This document shows positions 59,545 to 64,000 of a stretch of 64,000 nucleotides of DNA, piece after piece. The DNA lies in assembly GCA_950097015.1 (NCBI GenBank), contig CATNEN010000001.1:16368001-16432000 (forward strand). Reading direction: 5' to 3'. Source of the DNA: Macrostomum hystrix. Lineage: Eukaryota; Animalia; Platyhelminthes. Position numbers and translations under genes: made by a program. Position 1 is the stretch's first letter; each line of letters opens with the position of its first letter. The notes under the pieces were generated by a model, which saw nothing but the letters and a program-made list of their open reading frames with translations, was not told the DNA's origin and made no database searches.

Positions 59545-59557
59545 CGCTCTGCTACCA
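59545..59557 (-). promoter_or_regulatory. Primer-binding site, probably initiator tRNA-Met
   Basis: TGGTAGCAGAG lies 3 nt after the 5' LTR and is complementary to the ...CUCUGCUACCA end of animal tRNAiMet. Confidence 0.75.
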
Positions 59558-59875
59558 ATTTGTCGCTTGGGACAAAACTTCTTTGCTTGTAATTGACTTG
59601 TATATCGAATGTATTTGGTTCGAAGCTCTTGTGGGCTTAGTGCGCACTAGAAGCAACTAAAGGGGAACTGTACCGAGAAAGGCATTAGAAACATAGACAA
59701 CGATTGAGTAACAAGGGGCGGGCAGGATGCGTAGTCTATGGGCTAAAAGGACGATAGAAAGCGAAACAATTAAAGTGCAGTGAAACGTACTGATTAACTA
59801 GTTGGTGAGCAAGAGAGAAAAGAGGAGAGTCGAAGGAAACGATGAGAAGGAGTTCTGGAGGAAGCATTTCCGACA

Positions 59876-60645
59876 ACAATGATACCCCAGTTGACAATGA
59901 TACCCCAGTTGACAATGATCCCCCAGTTGGCCATGATCCCCCAGTTGACAATGATACCCCACTTGACAATGATCACCCAGTTGACAAAGATCCCCCAGTT
60001 GATGATGATCCCCAGTTGATGATGATTCCCCAATTGACAATTATCCCCTAGTTGACCATTACCCCCCAGTTGACAATGATCCCCCAGTTCACAATGATCC
60101 CCCAGTTGACAATGATCCCCCAGTTGACAATGATCCCACAGTTGACAAAGATCCCCCAGTTGACAAAGATCCCCCAGTTGATGATGATCCCCAGTTGATG
60201 ATGATTCCCCAATTGACAATTATCCCCTAGTTGACCATTACCCCCCAGTTGACAATGATCCCCCAGTTCACAATGATCCCTCAGTTGACAATGATCCCCC
60301 AGTTGACAATGATCCCCCAGTTGACAAAGATCCCCCAGTTCACAATGATCCCCCAGTTGATGATGATCCCCCAGTTGATGATGATCCCCAGTTGATGATG
60401 ATCACCCAGTTGACAATGATCCCCAAGTTGACCATGATCCCCCATTTGATGATGAATCCCCAGTTGACAATTATCCCCCAGTTGACCATTACCCCCTAGT
60501 TGACAATGATCCCCCAATTCACAACGATCCCCCAGTTGACAATGATCCCCCAGTTGACAATTATCCCCCAGTTTACCAAGATCCTCCAGTTGACGATTAT
60601 CCCCCAGTTTACCTTGATCCCCATTTTGATGATGACTCCCCGTTT
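59876..60645. repeat. 18-bp minisatellite, right part
   Basis: Same unit, increasingly degenerate, with a higher-order ~180-bp internal duplication. Confidence 0.94.
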
Positions 60646-60654
60646 GACGTTGAT

Positions 60655-60974
60655 TTTTCAAACGCTGGGTTAGCCAAGATTCAAAATCTGGTTTAGTCAT
60701 GATTAAAACTCTGATTTTGCCAGGATTCAAACGCTGGTTTAGCCATGATTCAAACGCTGGTTTAGCCATGATTCAAACGCTGGTTTTGCCATGATTCAAA
60801 CTCTGGTCTAGCTATGATTCAAACTCTGGTTTTGCCATGATTCAGACGCTTGTTTAGCTATGATTCAAACTCTGGTTTAGCCATGATTCAGACTCTGGTT
60901 TAGCCATGATTCAGACTCTGGTTTAGCCATGATTCAGACTCTGGTTTAGCCATGATTCAGACTCTGGTTTAGCC
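60655..60974. repeat. 23-bp minisatellite type A
   Basis: tggtttagccatgattca(a/g)actc units. Confidence 0.93.
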
Positions 60975-62065
60975 GGTGTTCTATGATTTATGATATTTTA
61001 TTTACGAAATGAAAAAAATAAATTAAAATAGTCTTCAATCACTACTGGCTGAAAATTAGTCTAAATGATTTGACGCAGTGCAGAATCGAACCCTAGCCTA
61101 GCCTAACTTATTCCTAGTGCCTACACATCGGCTATTCCGACTGTTGGTTAGTGGGTGCAAAAATCAGCCTTATAAAATGAATTCTCAAAGCTCTGGCTTT
61201 GTACAATGAAGTAAGAAAATAGAGTACACTCAGTCTCGCGGTTGGTTGTGTACATTTATTTCCATTTTGTCTCCAGAGTGCAGGCTTCAAATTCAATCAG
61301 CTAGGGGTTGTTGCGCAATTTGACGATGCAATTCTAATTCAGTGGCTGTCAGTGAAATTCTCAATAGGCCAAGATGGTTTGACCTTTGAAAAATCATGTT
61401 TTTCGAATATTTAATCCCCTTAGCAATGAAGTTAAGCTTAATAAAAATACGTGTATAATTGTCCCCATATTTGGCGTCTTTTAGTGAAGAAATAGTAAAA
61501 ATCGGTTGAGCCGTTTAAAAATCGATCGCGCATACATATATATATATATATATAGTTTTCATTTTCAGTATATATTTTTATTTATTTTTAGTATATAGAT
61601 TTTCATTTTTAGTATATAGATTGAGCCGTTTAAAAATCGATCGCGCATACATATATATATATAGATAGTTTTCATTTTTAGTATATAAGTTTTTATTTTT
61701 AGTATATAGAAAGAATATTTGTCTAAATTTTTTCAAGCTTTTGCTTGCAATTTTCGCACATGAAACGCTCAATTATTTTTAGCCATAATATATCTGCACT
61801 GAATTGTCTTTAACGAAAATTGTTATATTTTAGGTGCTAGTTTTTATATGCTTCAGCTTTTGACTGGTAATAATCTGACTAAATGGCTTTATGGCACTTG
61901 TTTTAAAGGTTTTTAGTGCCACTGTAACAGGATTTGAACTGATATGCCTTCCATGGGCCCATGGTGTTAAACACCATTTACATATCAGGTGGCTCAACTT
62001 GTGCTGGCTTCACTTCAGGCACCTCAGAAGTATGCAAAAAGAATTCATACCGCTAAATGTGCTCC

Positions 62066-63521
62066 TCAACCATCTGTGGACATCTGTGACGGGTCAGTGA
62101 TTTGTGTCGACATTGGTAGGCCCGACTGAGTGAAGACTGCAGCGCGCCAGTCTCGAATGAAGGTTATCTGCGGAAACTGGTAATTTGATGAATTTTATTC
62201 ATTTAACTTTAGACTGTATAGTTTAGAGGTATACTTATTCATACTTATTCAGGCAAACTTATTCGCTAGCGGGCCAAAGAGAGAATCTAAAAAACAATTT
62301 CTACACATTGACTGTAGAAATATGAAATAGGGGTGATGTGAAACAGATAGGGAAGATAAGACAGGAAAAGCTGAGACCGGGGAGAGCTGAAATGATATAC
62401 TGTAGGTGTCAGAAGGGGCAACATGCTCCTTTTCAATCTTCAAGATAAATTAAGTTGACGGAGAATTGAGAGCCGCATCTGGTCCGCGGGCGGAGTTTGA
62501 CTCATAAAGCTCATAAGCTCATAGCTCATAAGAAAGAAAAAGGAATACTTCTTTGCCTCCACAACGCACTCGTATTTTATTTATGCTCTCGTAGCCCGCA
62601 AACATGCGGTCGGAGCACTGCAACACAATTTCATCATGTGCAGCTTGGCTCGCATGCTCAGTTGCTTGGGCATGGACACGGACCGACTCGAAACATCGCT
62701 GGCTGGACAGCGCCTCCTCGAACCATTCCGTCAGATCTGAGTCATTGGCATGGAGGTGGCTAACATCTGCTTTAGAGCAGTTCAGCGCAACCGCTTGGCC
62801 ATACGCTTGGACCTGGGCCCCTTGAATTTCCAAGGTGTCGCCTACGGCCCAGTTGTTCACCTGAGCCGAGCTGTTTGCCCAGAATGTGCAGGATACGGAG
62901 GACGCGGAGTCGTCGACCAGCGTTACTTTGGCCAAGTTGACGGGAGGCCCTCTCTTTCTTTGGACCTCCTTTGGCGGTTCGGTGCTCTTTATCACACCTC
63001 AGATGTCAACTTTCCTGTTTGGGCAGGGCGAAAGTGCACTATTAAGCAGACTGCGTCAGTAATAAAAGACTTGATATATTCTAAAACACTTACTTCTGCA
63101 TGGCAACAGCAGACAGGTCATCAATTTTTTTGTAGACCGCAGGTGGCCGATCCACGCTCTCTTGGGTCGCCATGAGGGTCGCATTCTTGTCTACTGACAG
63201 AGTCATCTCGAACTCGTTGTCAGCAGAATTGTAGGCCGGATTCGCGGACTTCACCCAACCACCAGACACACGTACAGCGGTTGCGTCTTGGCACACGTCG
63301 TGGTGATTTTTTAAGTCGCGACCGAAAACACTCACGCGAATTTCCTTCTGGTCATCCGCCAAAACGAAGGAAAATACCTGGCCGTTTCCTTTGGCGTTGG
63401 TGTAGTCCTTGAGCTCCGTCAGTCGGGACACCAGGCCGATTACAGCACCGTCCATCAGGCCGGGCACGAGAGCCGCGATGCTCAGCTTGCTCTTCTTCGG
63501 AGTTGTGCTGCCGGTTGCCAT
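62066..63521 (-). CDS. RPA70-like two-OB protein, subfamily 1, copy 3 (unit F, runs off the window)
   Basis: Protein-identical ORFs to 49524-50979 at offset 12542. Confidence 0.88.
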
Positions 63522-64000
63522 TGCTAAAGAGAGATCAAAGAAATTGTATGAAAATTTGTTGAAAAAATGAAAGGAAAAGTTTGAACGGTTGAAAAACGAC
63601 TTAGCTTGAATGCTGATTTAGACAGAGAGAAAGATGGGTTTTAGTTGCAGTTTGACAAGATCAGAGCTATAAAAACAGTTTTCAACGGCCATAAAAGCTT
63701 ATCAGTTTTAATTGCTGTACTTGACAATTTGCACCTGTAATTACACTGCGGTGGAGCAGCGGCTTAAATCTTTGTATTATGAAAGCTACTTTAATTTGAT
63801 AGCTAATCAATTATTGAGATCGGTCCAATAAAAAACTTTTCTCCTGCAAAAACTTATCAGTTTTGATTGGCTGAGCCCGGACAACGTGTACCTGTAACTG
63901 TTCGGACTAAGGTGGGGCAGACGTTAAAATGGTCTGTCAAAACATGGCTTTTTAATCAGATAACAGATAAATTAGTTGAGAAAGCGAAAATGTTCTACCT

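Larger units (their letters stand above)
53188..59875 (-). mobile_element. Full-length BEL/Pao LTR retrotransposon
   Basis: 315-bp TG...CA LTRs at 53188-53502 and 59561-59875, identical by eye. 5-bp TSD acaat. PBS TGGTAGCAGAGCG. Single gag-pol ORF. Confidence 0.96.
52607..61599 (-). mobile_element. Helitron unit E (gene-less, satellite-filled, ~2.3 kb plus nested BEL element)
   Basis: 3' hairpin+CTAG at 52607-52636, as at 38557. 5' TCtatatactaaaaa at 61599. The interior is 18-bp and 23-bp satellites plus the shared 5' region. Confidence 0.8.

Overview
Eukaryotic (animal, intron-containing) repeat-rich DNA with no recognisable host housekeeping gene. The species cannot be fixed from the sequence. 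1-10 kb holds decayed DNA-transposon material: an EnSpm/CACTA-type end with a DUF4806-like accessory gene interrupted by a probable solo LTR, a MITE-like inverted-repeat element, and a MULE-like transposase remnant. From about 10.9 kb to the end the window is an array of co-oriented (minus-strand) Helitrons. The boundaries are defined by TC 5' ends and hairpin+CTAG 3' ends, joined head-to-tail or nested. The large units share a three-gene layout: (i) a spliced STPR-repeat/OTU-protease/Rep(HUH-Y2)/Pif1 helicase gene, broken in every copy; (ii) a spliced two-OB-fold RPA70-like ssDNA-binding gene, apparently intact in five copies from three diverged subfamilies; (iii) head-to-head with the RPA gene, a small two-exon gene for a CCHC zinc-knuckle protein with low-complexity arms (RGG/poly-Q in one subfamily, Pro-Tyr repeats/RS tail in another). 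The ORF track misses this third gene because it is spliced, and it is the best candidate for an undescribed component. The array also carries 18-bp and 23-bp minisatellites, two ~340-bp mini-Helitrons inserted at another Helitron's 5' end, a full-length intact LOA-clade LINE (13-bp TSD) and a full-length intact BEL/Pao LTR retrotransposon (LTRs identical by eye, 5-bp TSD). Exon boundaries were read by eye from GT-AG sites and reading-frame continuity. Domain names come from motif recognition, not database searches.
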